Positions 19,737 to 28,422 of a DNA stretch of 32,000 nt are shown one piece after another. A program made the translations under genes and the position numbers. The notes beneath the pieces are model-generated. The model had not been told where the DNA came from. It worked only from the letters and a program-made list of their open reading frames with translations, and made no database searches. How positions within the stretch are numbered: the stretch's first letter is position 1; every line of letters begins with the position of its first letter. Origin of the DNA: an uncultured Opitutales bacterium (GTDB lineage: Bacteria; Verrucomicrobiota; Verrucomicrobiia; Opitutales; UBA9783); NCBI GenBank assembly GCA_934691225.1, contig CAKUSQ010000001.1:300001-332000 (forward strand). The letters run 5' to 3'.

Positions 19737-20577
19737 TGCTAACCCTAATATTGATTTTTTCAATCCCCAATCCTCACAAATAGAGATTTGTTTTTTTCAA
19801 AACTTAGAATCTACTCATAGCTTTGCTATAAATGCATCCTGGGAGCATCGCATGGAAAAAAATCGCCTCATCGTCATTTTTGCTGACAAACAAACCCATG
19901 GATACGGCTCTCACAATCAAATCTGGTACTCGCCACACACAGATTTTCATATCAATTTAATTTTTTTAGCTGACAAAATGCTACCTTTTGCTCAACTTGC
20001 TGCTATCACAGCTTGCCAGCATTTAAGAAAAATTACTGGAAATACGTTTAATTTTCAATTAAAGTGGCCTAATGATATCTTTATAGATGGCCAAAAAATG
20101 GGCGGTTGCTTAACTTACATCCGACCTTGGGACAAAGGTTTTTGGATTACTATTGGGATAGGTCTTAATTACAACCTGAAAAAAGAAGATTTTAAACAAA
20201 TACCTCAACCAACAACGTCTCTAAATGTACTTTTAGACAAAAAATCCCCATATTCTTTGCAAGAAATACATGAAGACGTTCAAGCATTTTCCGATTTTTT
20301 TATTAGAAATTTGCATTGGTACAATCGAATAGGGGCCGATCGATTCTTTAAAAGTTGCCAAGAACTTTGGTTGTATTTAAATTATAACGTTGTTATCTTC
20401 GATGAGGATAAACATGTATGGGTAGAAGGCATCTTCGAAGGCATAACTGAAGAAGGCTTTTTGATTTTAACTCCTATGGACACGCATGAAAGCTTTCACA
20501 TTATTAATGGAACAAAACTACAACTAGCTTCAAAACAACCTGAAAATTACAAAGATTTCATTGAAAACTTATTATAA
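19729..20577 (+). CDS. biotin-protein-ligase-family protein (group I, no HTH) with a degenerate biotin-binding loop
   Basis: 282 aa. LKWPNDIFIDGQKMGG matches the BPL KWPND catalytic-Lys motif. ESTHSFA corresponds to DSTNxxA. The GRGRxGRxW loop is replaced by GYGSHNQIW. Confidence 0.65.
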   Translation: MPDANPNIDFFNPQSSQIEICFFQNLESTHSFAINASWEHRMEKNRLIVIFADKQTHGYGSHNQIWYSPHTDFHINLIFLADKMLPFAQLAAITACQHLRKITGNTFNFQLKWPNDIFIDGQKMGGCLTYIRPWDKGFWITIGIGLNYNLKKEDFKQIPQPTTSLNVLLDKKSPYSLQEIHEDVQAFSDFFIRNLHWYNRIGADRFFKSCQELWLYLNYNVVIFDEDKHVWVEGIFEGITEEGFLILTPMDTHESFHIINGTKLQLASKQPENYKDFIENLL

Positions 20578-20584
20578 AAACACA

Positions 20585-21670
20585 TTATAACCCACACGGA
20601 AAAGTATACATAGGCACATTTGGAATGCAACTTCTCGGGTCACCTGAAATGCCCACCAAGCAATGCGATCCGCAGTCCAAGGCAAAATCTGACAAAGCTT
20701 CTCGTGTTGATGAAGGTAACCGATCACACTGAGATAACGTAATCCATCCATTCTGCAAACGCGTCAAAAGACCTTTACGTTGAATAACTTTTTCATCCTC
20801 AATGGTTTTGCGATATCCCCATAAAATCGAATTAATAATTTCTTCTGGAATTGCATCGCATTCAATGTTCAAATATCTTGTACCTTGATATCTAACGTAT
20901 TCGGACAACGTATTAACTAGAATTCGATTTAGACCTTTATCAGCTAAGTACAGACAAAAACTCTTATTTTCCTGCAAAATATCCCGGATAAAAGCTAGCT
21001 GTTTTTTCGACAAAACAACCGCCTTCTTTTCATCTACCCATGCATCCTTAAATTCAACTGTATTTTCCTCAACCCAATCTAAATTTTGATCTTCCGAATT
21101 TTGAAGGTAAACCCCCTCCATAGAATAATGTGGCTCTATCTGACAAATGCGCGTTTTCATATTAAGTGCTGTCGTTAATAACAGCCAACAATCTAGCAAA
21201 CGATCACAAAAAGCTGGAGGCAAAAGGAAAACAGGTTCCCTACACTCCATCTTTAACCACATTTCATAGGAATCTAAAACCGGCTTTATATTGTAAAACA
21301 CTTCATTGTAATCTGTGATATTTTTTATAGGTAAAATATGCCGCCTAATTCTAATTTTAGGAAATTTTTCCTGAATAAATTGTTCGGTTAAAAATGCATT
21401 CAAACGCCAACATTGCAGACCTAACAAAATAACTTCATCAAAATTATTCTTTTCAATGATCTGCGCAATAGGGCCATACAGCTTTTGTCCCGGAACCTCA
21501 GGATCCAAAAAAGTTGGAATCGCAAGTAAAACCCTCTTCTTAGTTGAATTTAATAACCTTCCCACAATTAAAGTATTTACATTTTGAAAAAGAAAAAAAC
21601 AAAAAGCAAGCCTTTTTACATATAAATTCACACAATTCTTCTTTCGTTTTCCCCACCTGTCGTTTGTCAT
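20585..21670 (-). CDS. eroded RtcR-like protein (CARF-like N-domain plus inactivated sigma54-interaction AAA+ remnant, no HTH)
   Basis: 361-aa intact ORF. Collinear resemblance to E. coli RtcR motifs as I recall them; pairs below are this ORF vs RtcR. NITDYNEVFY vs NPWDFEEVY. CDRLLDCWLLL..TRICQIEP vs THVAQICWFLL..ARLIQSSP. LADKGLNRI vs NGPTGAGKS (Walker A lost). LNIECDAIPEEIINSILWGYRKTIEDEK vs VEVNCATL..STLFGHVKGAFTGA (GAFTGA lost). RKGLLTRLQNGWITLSQC vs REGLLRSANGGMLFLDEI (Walker B lost). The ORF ends at MYTFPCGL, corresponding to LWTFTLPGL. Confidence 0.4.
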   Translation of the reverse strand: MTNDRWGKRKKNCVNLYVKRLAFCFFLFQNVNTLIVGRLLNSTKKRVLLAIPTFLDPEVPGQKLYGPIAQIIEKNNFDEVILLGLQCWRLNAFLTEQFIQEKFPKIRIRRHILPIKNITDYNEVFYNIKPVLDSYEMWLKMECREPVFLLPPAFCDRLLDCWLLLTTALNMKTRICQIEPHYSMEGVYLQNSEDQNLDWVEENTVEFKDAWVDEKKAVVLSKKQLAFIRDILQENKSFCLYLADKGLNRILVNTLSEYVRYQGTRYLNIECDAIPEEIINSILWGYRKTIEDEKVIQRKGLLTRLQNGWITLSQCDRLPSSTREALSDFALDCGSHCLVGISGDPRSCIPNVPMYTFPCGL

Positions 21671-21722
21671 TTTTTTAAATAAAACATTGCCTGTTTTAAA
21701 TAAAAATGCACTCTGTCTTATA

Positions 21723-24086
21723 ATGACTAAATATGGTAATGTTTCTATAAATACACCTAAACCTATTCAAGGTTTATGTTTCGTTATTTTGGGGTTATTT
21801 ATGTTGCTGGCACTGATCGACTACCAACCCTTACAATCAAACTTTTATCAATTATCTTCAGAAACTTTTCCCACCTCAGGGAATAGGCTCGGATATTTAG
21901 GAACTTATTTTTCCTTTTACCTTTGCCGCTATTTAGGGGGAACAACCTGGCTTTTACCTATATATGCCTTATGGACAGGTATATTATTTTTACTAGGACG
22001 CCAACATAAAATAAACAAAAAGAAACTTATTTGTTTTACTATTAGTGTATTTTTCTGCAGTACATTACTCGCTTTTTTTCAAACCCTTCATTGGCTCCAA
22101 CCCCACTATCAATTTTACTCAGCGGGCCTAGGAGGATTTATAGGAATGTATTTATACAAAACTATTTTCCATGACTATTTAGGAACTGTCGGCAGTGGAC
22201 TTGTGCTGATTCCTATCACGTACTTAACCCTAGCCTTGTCCTTTGCATCCTTAGAACACATTTGGACTTATGGACTAATAATTATGCGATGGTTATTCAA
22301 AAAACAAAAAAATATCTTCCATACGTTCATCCAAAAAATAAAACAAAAATCAGCTTCTTTTTCTTTACCCTCCTGGAAATTTATACACACTCGGTTATCT
22401 CGTTTTTACACTTTCTTAAAAGCAAAAAAGAATTCTAGTGCAAAAAATAAAACTAAACAAACAGACTCATCCCAAGAACTAACGCCCCCTGACTTACCCG
22501 AACAGACTGTACCTACCTATAAAGAAACTTCCACATCTGAAACTAATGATTTTACTAAATCAACACCTCAAACACCACTTGAAAATACACCTGCTACAGA
22601 TACTAACCCATCTTCTAACATCCAAATTTTAGCAAGCGAAGTTGTTGAAAAATCAAAAATCAAAATGCCATCTAAAATGGAAGGTTATAAACTTCCAACA
22701 CTCGATTTGTTAAAAGATCCACCACCGGTATTGCACAACGCTAATACAGATGATTACTATGAAACAGCTAATGATCTTGTTCAAAAATTAGCTGAATTTG
22801 GTGTAGAAGTCAAAGTCGAAGCTATTCAATCAGGACCGGTGATTACACGTTATGAAGTCACACCTGCACGCGGAGTTCGTGTTGAAAAAATAACAACACT
22901 TGATAAAAATATAGCACTTGGATTAAAAGCCCTATCGGTACGTATACAAGCACCTGTACCGGGTAAAGGCTGCGTTGGGATTGAAATACCCAATAAAAAA
23001 CCCTTACCTGTTTGCTTAAAAGAAATTCTTGCTTCAAAAGCTTGGGTACAATCGGATGCCGAAATCCCCATCGTTTTAGGGAAGGAAGTCACTGGTAAGC
23101 CTATCATTGCGGATTTAACTAAGATGCCTCACTTACTTATTGCAGGCTCAACAGGTTCTGGTAAAACCGTCTGCATCAATACCATCATTGCATCCTTACT
23201 TTTTCGAGCTTCACCCAAAGATTTACGATTCATTATGGTAGATCCTAAAATTGTTGAAATGAAAATCTACAACGATTTACCGCATATGCTTATACCGGTC
23301 GTTACAGATCCTAAACGTGTGCCTTCAGCGCTCAAGTGGCTTATCGCCGAAATGGAACGTCGCTATCAGTTATTCGCCGATTATGGAGCTCGCAATATAA
23401 TAGGGTTTAATGAAAAATTAAAAAAAATGTCCGCAAATGATTTAGCAAACAACAACTTACAACATTTGCCATACATCGTTTGCGTTATTGACGAATTAGC
23501 TGATTTAATGATGGTTGCTCCAGGTGACATCGAAACCTGTATTGCTCGTTTAGCTCAATTAGCTCGCGCAGCTGGAATTCACCTCATTATTGCAACTCAG
23601 CGCCCCTCTGTCAACGTCATCACAGGTATTATAAAAGCCAACCTTCCTAGCCGAATTGCATTCAAGGTTGCTTCAAAAGTTGATAGCCGAACTATTTTAG
23701 ATACTGGTGGTGCTGATAGCCTCATTGGTAAAGGCGATATGCTATTTATTCCACCTGGAGCTTCTCAGCTTATCCGCGCACAAGGTGCTTGGGTCTCAGA
23801 CGATGAAATTACAGATTTAGTCGAATTTTTAAAATGCAATGGAGCTCCTAAATTTGCGGAAGAGGTTCAACAAATGATTGAAAATGAAGCGGAAGAATCT
23901 TCAGAAATGTCCTATTCCGATAACGAAGATGATGAACTCATTCCTCAAGCTCTTGATGTTTTAAAAAGCTCTGAACGTATCTCTACCTCTTTATTACAAC
24001 GTCGATTAAAAATCGGTTATAATCGTGCTGCACGCATTATGGAAACCCTTGACGCACGCGGTTTAATTCCTAAAAATATGGAATAA
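21723..24086 (+). CDS. ftsK: DNA translocase FtsK
   Basis: N-terminal multi-TM region, a Pro/Thr/Ser-rich linker, and a motor domain with Walker A GSTGSGKT and Walker B VIDELADLMM. Gamma winged-helix LLQRRLKIGYNRAARIMETL. The track start at 21687 is TTG; ATG at 21723 is preferred. Confidence 0.95.
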   Translation: MTKYGNVSINTPKPIQGLCFVILGLFMLLALIDYQPLQSNFYQLSSETFPTSGNRLGYLGTYFSFYLCRYLGGTTWLLPIYALWTGILFLLGRQHKINKKKLICFTISVFFCSTLLAFFQTLHWLQPHYQFYSAGLGGFIGMYLYKTIFHDYLGTVGSGLVLIPITYLTLALSFASLEHIWTYGLIIMRWLFKKQKNIFHTFIQKIKQKSASFSLPSWKFIHTRLSRFYTFLKAKKNSSAKNKTKQTDSSQELTPPDLPEQTVPTYKETSTSETNDFTKSTPQTPLENTPATDTNPSSNIQILASEVVEKSKIKMPSKMEGYKLPTLDLLKDPPPVLHNANTDDYYETANDLVQKLAEFGVEVKVEAIQSGPVITRYEVTPARGVRVEKITTLDKNIALGLKALSVRIQAPVPGKGCVGIEIPNKKPLPVCLKEILASKAWVQSDAEIPIVLGKEVTGKPIIADLTKMPHLLIAGSTGSGKTVCINTIIASLLFRASPKDLRFIMVDPKIVEMKIYNDLPHMLIPVVTDPKRVPSALKWLIAEMERRYQLFADYGARNIIGFNEKLKKMSANDLANNNLQHLPYIVCVIDELADLMMVAPGDIETCIARLAQLARAAGIHLIIATQRPSVNVITGIIKANLPSRIAFKVASKVDSRTILDTGGADSLIGKGDMLFIPPGASQLIRAQGAWVSDDEITDLVEFLKCNGAPKFAEEVQQMIENEAEESSEMSYSDNEDDELIPQALDVLKSSERISTSLLQRRLKIGYNRAARIMETLDARGLIPKNME

Positions 24087-24824
24087 TCAATAAAAAACTT
24101 CCTCTAAAAACAAACCTCGTGCAGGTGCTGTTACAATAGGAAGTTTTAGATTTTGTTCCTCAAGTTGTAGCCGATGTTTAATAAAAGTTGCATCAATTTT
24201 GCCGTAACCACACATAACAGCAGCCCCCATAATCATTCGAACCATACGATAGAGATAACCAGAACCAATCACTTCTAAAACGAATGTAGGCCCTTTTTTC
24301 AATAATTGAACAGAAAACAAATGTTTTAGTGCATTTTCTTCTGGTAAAATTTTTCCAGCAAAACCACGAAAGTCATGTTTTCCTACAAACAATGGCAACA
24401 CATTCTGCATACACTCTATATTAAAATTTCTTGCAGGAATGTTCCACACATAACGACAATCAAACGGTGATGGCGAACAAAGTTGAAAATAATAACAATA
24501 CCGTTTACCTTTGTTTGAGAATCGAGCATGAAAATGATCATCCACTTGCTCTACACTTAAAATACGGATTTCAGGATTTAATCGTGAATTTATCGCTCGC
24601 AACAAACATTCCGAATCATACTTCCAATCAGCATCAAAATGAAACACTTGACCACGTGCATGCACACCTGCATCTGTTCGACTGCTCCCATGAATTCGAA
24701 TAAAACACTTTAAAATAGCCGATATACGTTCTTCCAAAACATCTTGGATCGCCAACCGATTAGCTTGACTTTGCCATCCACAAAATCCAGTCCCATCATA
24801 GGAGCATATACACTTCCAGCGCAT
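24087..24824 (-). CDS. truA: tRNA pseudouridine(38-40) synthase TruA
   Basis: 245 aa. YDGTGFCGWQSQ start and catalytic-Asp motif GSSRTDAGVHA. Confidence 0.93.
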   Translation of the reverse strand: MRWKCICSYDGTGFCGWQSQANRLAIQDVLEERISAILKCFIRIHGSSRTDAGVHARGQVFHFDADWKYDSECLLRAINSRLNPEIRILSVEQVDDHFHARFSNKGKRYCYYFQLCSPSPFDCRYVWNIPARNFNIECMQNVLPLFVGKHDFRGFAGKILPEENALKHLFSVQLLKKGPTFVLEVIGSGYLYRMVRMIMGAAVMCGYGKIDATFIKHRLQLEEQNLKLPIVTAPARGLFLEEVFY

Positions 24825-24952
24825 TTTTAATATAAAATCGCATATAGATCATCTTGTCAATCGGATAACTATAACATAAAAATACATTTTTTTCAGAATT
24901 CTATTGACTTATTTTTTAAAAAATATTTTCATTAAATCTGTTAAGTAATTTT

Positions 24953-25027
24953 GGGTCGGTAGCTCAATGGTAGAGCAGTGGCCTTTTAAGCCATTGGTTC
25001 AGGGTTCGAGTCCCTGTCGGCCTACCA
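24953..25027 (+). tRNA. tRNA-Lys (anticodon UUU), CCA encoded
   Basis: 75-nt cloverleaf. D-arm GCTC-AATGGTA-GAGC. Anticodon arm GTGGC-CTTTTAA-GCCAT. T-arm CAGGG-TTCGAGT-CCCTG. Acceptor stem GGGTCGG/TCGGCCT pairs with three G:U wobbles. Confidence 0.9.
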
Positions 25028-25040
25028 AATTCATGTTGTA

Positions 25041-25415
25041 ATGGATAAATTAGAACAAATGTTCAAAATGCAACACGATTTAAATGTTCGCATTTTAGGA
25101 CCCCAAGCAGATCAATTATTTAAGGAAAATACGACAGAATGGCTGTTAAAGTTGTCACGAGCTTTGCAACAGGAAGTTTCTGAATTGATCGATTGTGTTC
25201 CCTGGAAATGGTGGGCACATTATCAAAAAGAAGATCTTGAACATGCTAAAGTTGAGCTGATTGATATCATTCACTTTGTTATCAGTCTAGCACAAACATT
25301 AGGGATGTCCGCAGATGATGTTTTTAATACGTATATGAAAAAAAATGCGGTCAATGTCCATCGTCAAGAAACAGGATATACGCAAAAAGCTAAAGAAAAT
25401 GCATTAAATGATTAA
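25041..25415 (+). CDS. all-alpha NTP pyrophosphohydrolase, dimeric-dUTPase-like (dUTPase_2 type)
   Basis: 124 aa. Metal-binding acidic motifs in helices (QQEVSELID, AKVELIDIIHF), PWKWW and the C-terminal KKNAVNVHRQETGY pattern typical of the dimeric dUTPase/dCTPase family. Shorter than most members. Confidence 0.6.
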   Translation: MDKLEQMFKMQHDLNVRILGPQADQLFKENTTEWLLKLSRALQQEVSELIDCVPWKWWAHYQKEDLEHAKVELIDIIHFVISLAQTLGMSADDVFNTYMKKNAVNVHRQETGYTQKAKENALND

Positions 25416-25418
25416 TTT

Positions 25419-26243
25419 ATGCTGGCCTATTGGATTCATTCTATCGATCCTTTTATAATTAGATTTCCTACATCGTGGCCGTTAGAAGGTATTCGTTGGT
25501 ACGGGGTTGCTTATCTAATAAGTTTTTTATTTGCTTCCTTTTTATTAAATTACCTTTATGTTCATAAGAAAATAACGCTCAACAAAGCTTTTCAGCAGAA
25601 CTTTTTAGTCGCTCTTTTTTTTGGCATTTTGATAGGTGGAAGGTTGGGTTTTGTGTTTTTTTATCATCCTGCATATTATTTACAAAATCCTACGGAGATT
25701 TTTCAAATTTGGAAAGGTGGTATGTCATGCCATGGAGGATTTATTGGTGTACTTATCAGCTTATATATTTTTAGCCGAAAAAACCACCTATCTCTCTTAT
25801 CGCTGTGCGACTTAACAATCCCTATTGGAACTTTCGGTATTTTTTTAGGACGATGTGCCAATTTTATTAATGGAGAAGTTTATGGTACTACAACAACGGT
25901 TTCATGGGGCGTTATATTTAATCACGAAATTTTTGCGCGCCATCCATCACAACTCTATGAAGCCTTATTAGAAGGAATCATTCCTTTTATTTTAAGCTGT
26001 TACGTTCTTTTTAAACAAAAAAGAACCCTGTATTTTCCTGGTTTACTTGCTAGCCGTTTCCTTATGTTTTATGGATTCGTTCGTTATCTACTAGAATATT
26101 TTCGAGAACCAGACGCGCCTCTTATCGGCATACTTACGAGAGGACAATTTTACTCAATATTTACCTTTGCAGCTGGACTCATTTGTGCTTATTATGTTAA
26201 GAAACATGAAACAATTGATCGTACTCGCGTTTTCACTCATTAA
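25419..26243 (+). CDS. lgt: prolipoprotein diacylglyceryl transferase
   Basis: 274 aa, polytopic. Motifs IRWYGVAYLISF, GGRLGFVFFY, HGGFIG, GRCANFINGEVYG and HPSQLYEALLEG. Confidence 0.93.
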   Translation: MLAYWIHSIDPFIIRFPTSWPLEGIRWYGVAYLISFLFASFLLNYLYVHKKITLNKAFQQNFLVALFFGILIGGRLGFVFFYHPAYYLQNPTEIFQIWKGGMSCHGGFIGVLISLYIFSRKNHLSLLSLCDLTIPIGTFGIFLGRCANFINGEVYGTTTTVSWGVIFNHEIFARHPSQLYEALLEGIIPFILSCYVLFKQKRTLYFPGLLASRFLMFYGFVRYLLEYFREPDAPLIGILTRGQFYSIFTFAAGLICAYYVKKHETIDRTRVFTH

Positions 26244-27531
26244 CTTTTGTACCATAACTTGGGGACACACGTTATTAATTCCCATTAAAGGAAAAATTGA
26301 TTACGCTCAAGAATGCATTATTCGACGCGGGTTAAAACAAGCACAAAAGCAATCATGTCCTCGCATTATTTTGGAGATTCATACGCCAGGCGGCAATGTT
26401 GATAATATGTTAGCTATTATCGAAGCTCTAAAAAAATCAAACCTAGATACTATTGCTTACATTCGTGAAGCTATTTCCGCAGGTTCTTTTATTGCTAATG
26501 CTTGCAACCAGATTTATTTTCATCCCCAAGGGCTCATGGGTGCTGCCGCTGTTATTAATGGTGAAGGGAAGGATCTAGATGGAAACCTACAAGCCAAAAT
26601 CGATAGTTATTTGTGGGCAAAAATTCGAACAAATTGCGAAAAATTTCCTCATCGGTATGCTTTTCAGCGCGCTATGATGGACAAAAATTTTGTGTTAAAA
26701 ACAGGGGAAACTATATTAAAACCTTCTGGAGAGCTTTTAACACTTACCGCCCAAGAAGCTCTTAAAACATACCCTGATCTTCCGGCTTTATCTTCTGGAA
26801 CATTTTTGAATGTTGATGAACTTTTAAAAAACCTTTATCCTCAAGAAACTTACGAAATATTTGAACCTTCCGGATTTGAACAGCTTGCACAAATGCTTAC
26901 TCCTTTCATCCCTCTGATTTCCGGACTTGGATTTCTTTTGATTCTTATTGAACTTAAAACACCTGGTTTTGGCCTCATGGGATTATGCGGAATTGGACTA
27001 TTTGCATGCACCATAATGGTTCATTTTTTAGCTGGATTAGGAGGTACAGAAGCATTAGCAATACTAGCAATCGGTGCAGTATGCGTTTTTCTAGATCTCT
27101 TCCTGCTAGGTTCATTCTTCTTAACTTTTTTTGGTTTTTGCTTGATTTTAGGAGGATTATGGTGGAGCGGTATTGATGTTTGGCCCACAATTCCTCTTAC
27201 ATTAACGGATTACTTCAGCCCTCTAAAATCCATGTGTTATGCTTTATTAAGTTGGGGTATTTTACTGCTACTAGCCTACAAATTAGGTTGGATAAAACGC
27301 GGCATGCATCGATTAACTTTGGCTAAATCCATAAAACACACAAAATCTACACACGACGAATGGATAGGACAAATAGCAGAAACAGTTACGCCACTTATTC
27401 CTAGCGGAAAAGCACAAATTCACGGAGAAATCATAGATGTCCGCTCGGAAAATGGAGATATTCCTGCAAATACAAAAATTATACTTATTGCAAAAAAAGA
27501 TTTTGCATGGCTGGTAAGAAAATCATTTTAA
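26206..27531 (+). CDS. NfeD-family membrane-bound ClpP-class serine protease
   Basis: N-terminal ClpP-like domain (IILEIHTPGGNV, ISAGSFIANAC), a central multi-TM block and a C-terminal OB-fold NfeD domain (GKAQIHGEIIDVRSENGDIPANTKIILI). ATG 26206 gives the signal-like start MKQLIVLAFSLINFC (the track start at 26167 is TTG). Overlaps the lgt 3' end. Confidence 0.85.
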   Translation: MKQLIVLAFSLINFCTITWGHTLLIPIKGKIDYAQECIIRRGLKQAQKQSCPRIILEIHTPGGNVDNMLAIIEALKKSNLDTIAYIREAISAGSFIANACNQIYFHPQGLMGAAAVINGEGKDLDGNLQAKIDSYLWAKIRTNCEKFPHRYAFQRAMMDKNFVLKTGETILKPSGELLTLTAQEALKTYPDLPALSSGTFLNVDELLKNLYPQETYEIFEPSGFEQLAQMLTPFIPLISGLGFLLILIELKTPGFGLMGLCGIGLFACTIMVHFLAGLGGTEALAILAIGAVCVFLDLFLLGSFFLTFFGFCLILGGLWWSGIDVWPTIPLTLTDYFSPLKSMCYALLSWGILLLLAYKLGWIKRGMHRLTLAKSIKHTKSTHDEWIGQIAETVTPLIPSGKAQIHGEIIDVRSENGDIPANTKIILIAKKDFAWLVRKSF

Positions 27532-27582
27532 ATTTTTTTGTCATAAGAAAATTTAACAATATTTTTGCAATAAAACTTGCGA

Positions 27583-27610
27583 TTGATAAAAATTTTTTCG
27601 AAACTATAAA
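27583..27610 (+). promoter_or_regulatory. candidate sigma70-type promoter for the rhomboid gene (TTGATA-16 nt-TATAAA)
   Basis: TTGATA at 27583-27588 and TATAAA at 27605-27610. The -10 box ends 2 nt before ATG 27613 and 11 nt before ATG 27622. No Shine-Dalgarno is visible. Confidence 0.4.
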
Positions 27611-27612
27611 GC

Positions 27613-28422
27613 ATGATCCCTATGTTTTTTAGCGTAAACAATTCTGCTTTTAAATGGATCAAACGTTTGATCTGGTTTTACGTTATTTTATTTGTTTTTA
27701 CAAAAATCGTATCTGTTTGGTTTGGAACACAATTCATAGAATCCTGTTTTTGTTTATCACCTCATTCATTTGTAAATTTTCAGTGGTGGCGCTTTTTAAC
27801 TTATTCTTTTTTACACGCTGATTTTTGGCACATTTTTTGCAACTTATTGCTATTTTACGGGTTATGCAAATTTTTACTTACATATGAGACTTCACTGAAA
27901 TTTTTATTGTCCATATACACACTAGGTATCTTAGTCGGTGGTATCTTTTGGATCATTGTACACATTCATCAGCCGTTTCATTCATTAATAGGTGCCTCAG
28001 CAGGCATAGCAACATTATTAACCTATTTCTGTTTACTTTACCCTGAAAAATCCTTATCCATCCTTATTTTTTTTATTTTTCCAATTCAAATAAAAGCTCG
28101 ATGGTGTTTTGCCATTTTACTTATTTATGAAATAATCAATTGTCTCTGTTACGAAACACAAAACATGACATTTATAGCCCATTCTGCTCATTTAGGTGGC
28201 ATACTGATTGGAGCATTAGCGGTATTTATTCAAAAGAAAAAAGAAGAATCTTCTATGCATAGTCCCAAAATCGCTAAAAATAAATACAAGGTGCATATAG
28301 AAGAAGACGAACATATTATTACAGAACTTCCTTTCCATCTTCTAAAAAAACTTCAGGAAGAAGGTATTGGTTCACTTTCTGCTGAAGAAAAAAGATGGCT
28401 AGAAAAATGTAGGAAATTATAA
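27613..28422 (+). CDS. rhomboid-family intramembrane serine protease with a ~65-aa charged C-terminal tail
   Basis: 269 aa. WRFLTYSFLHAD, catalytic GASAGI (GxSx) and AHLGGILIG (catalytic His) lie in TM helices. The start may instead be ATG 27622. Confidence 0.88.
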   Translation: MIPMFFSVNNSAFKWIKRLIWFYVILFVFTKIVSVWFGTQFIESCFCLSPHSFVNFQWWRFLTYSFLHADFWHIFCNLLLFYGLCKFLLTYETSLKFLLSIYTLGILVGGIFWIIVHIHQPFHSLIGASAGIATLLTYFCLLYPEKSLSILIFFIFPIQIKARWCFAILLIYEIINCLCYETQNMTFIAHSAHLGGILIGALAVFIQKKKEESSMHSPKIAKNKYKVHIEEDEHIITELPFHLLKKLQEEGIGSLSAEEKRWLEKCRKL

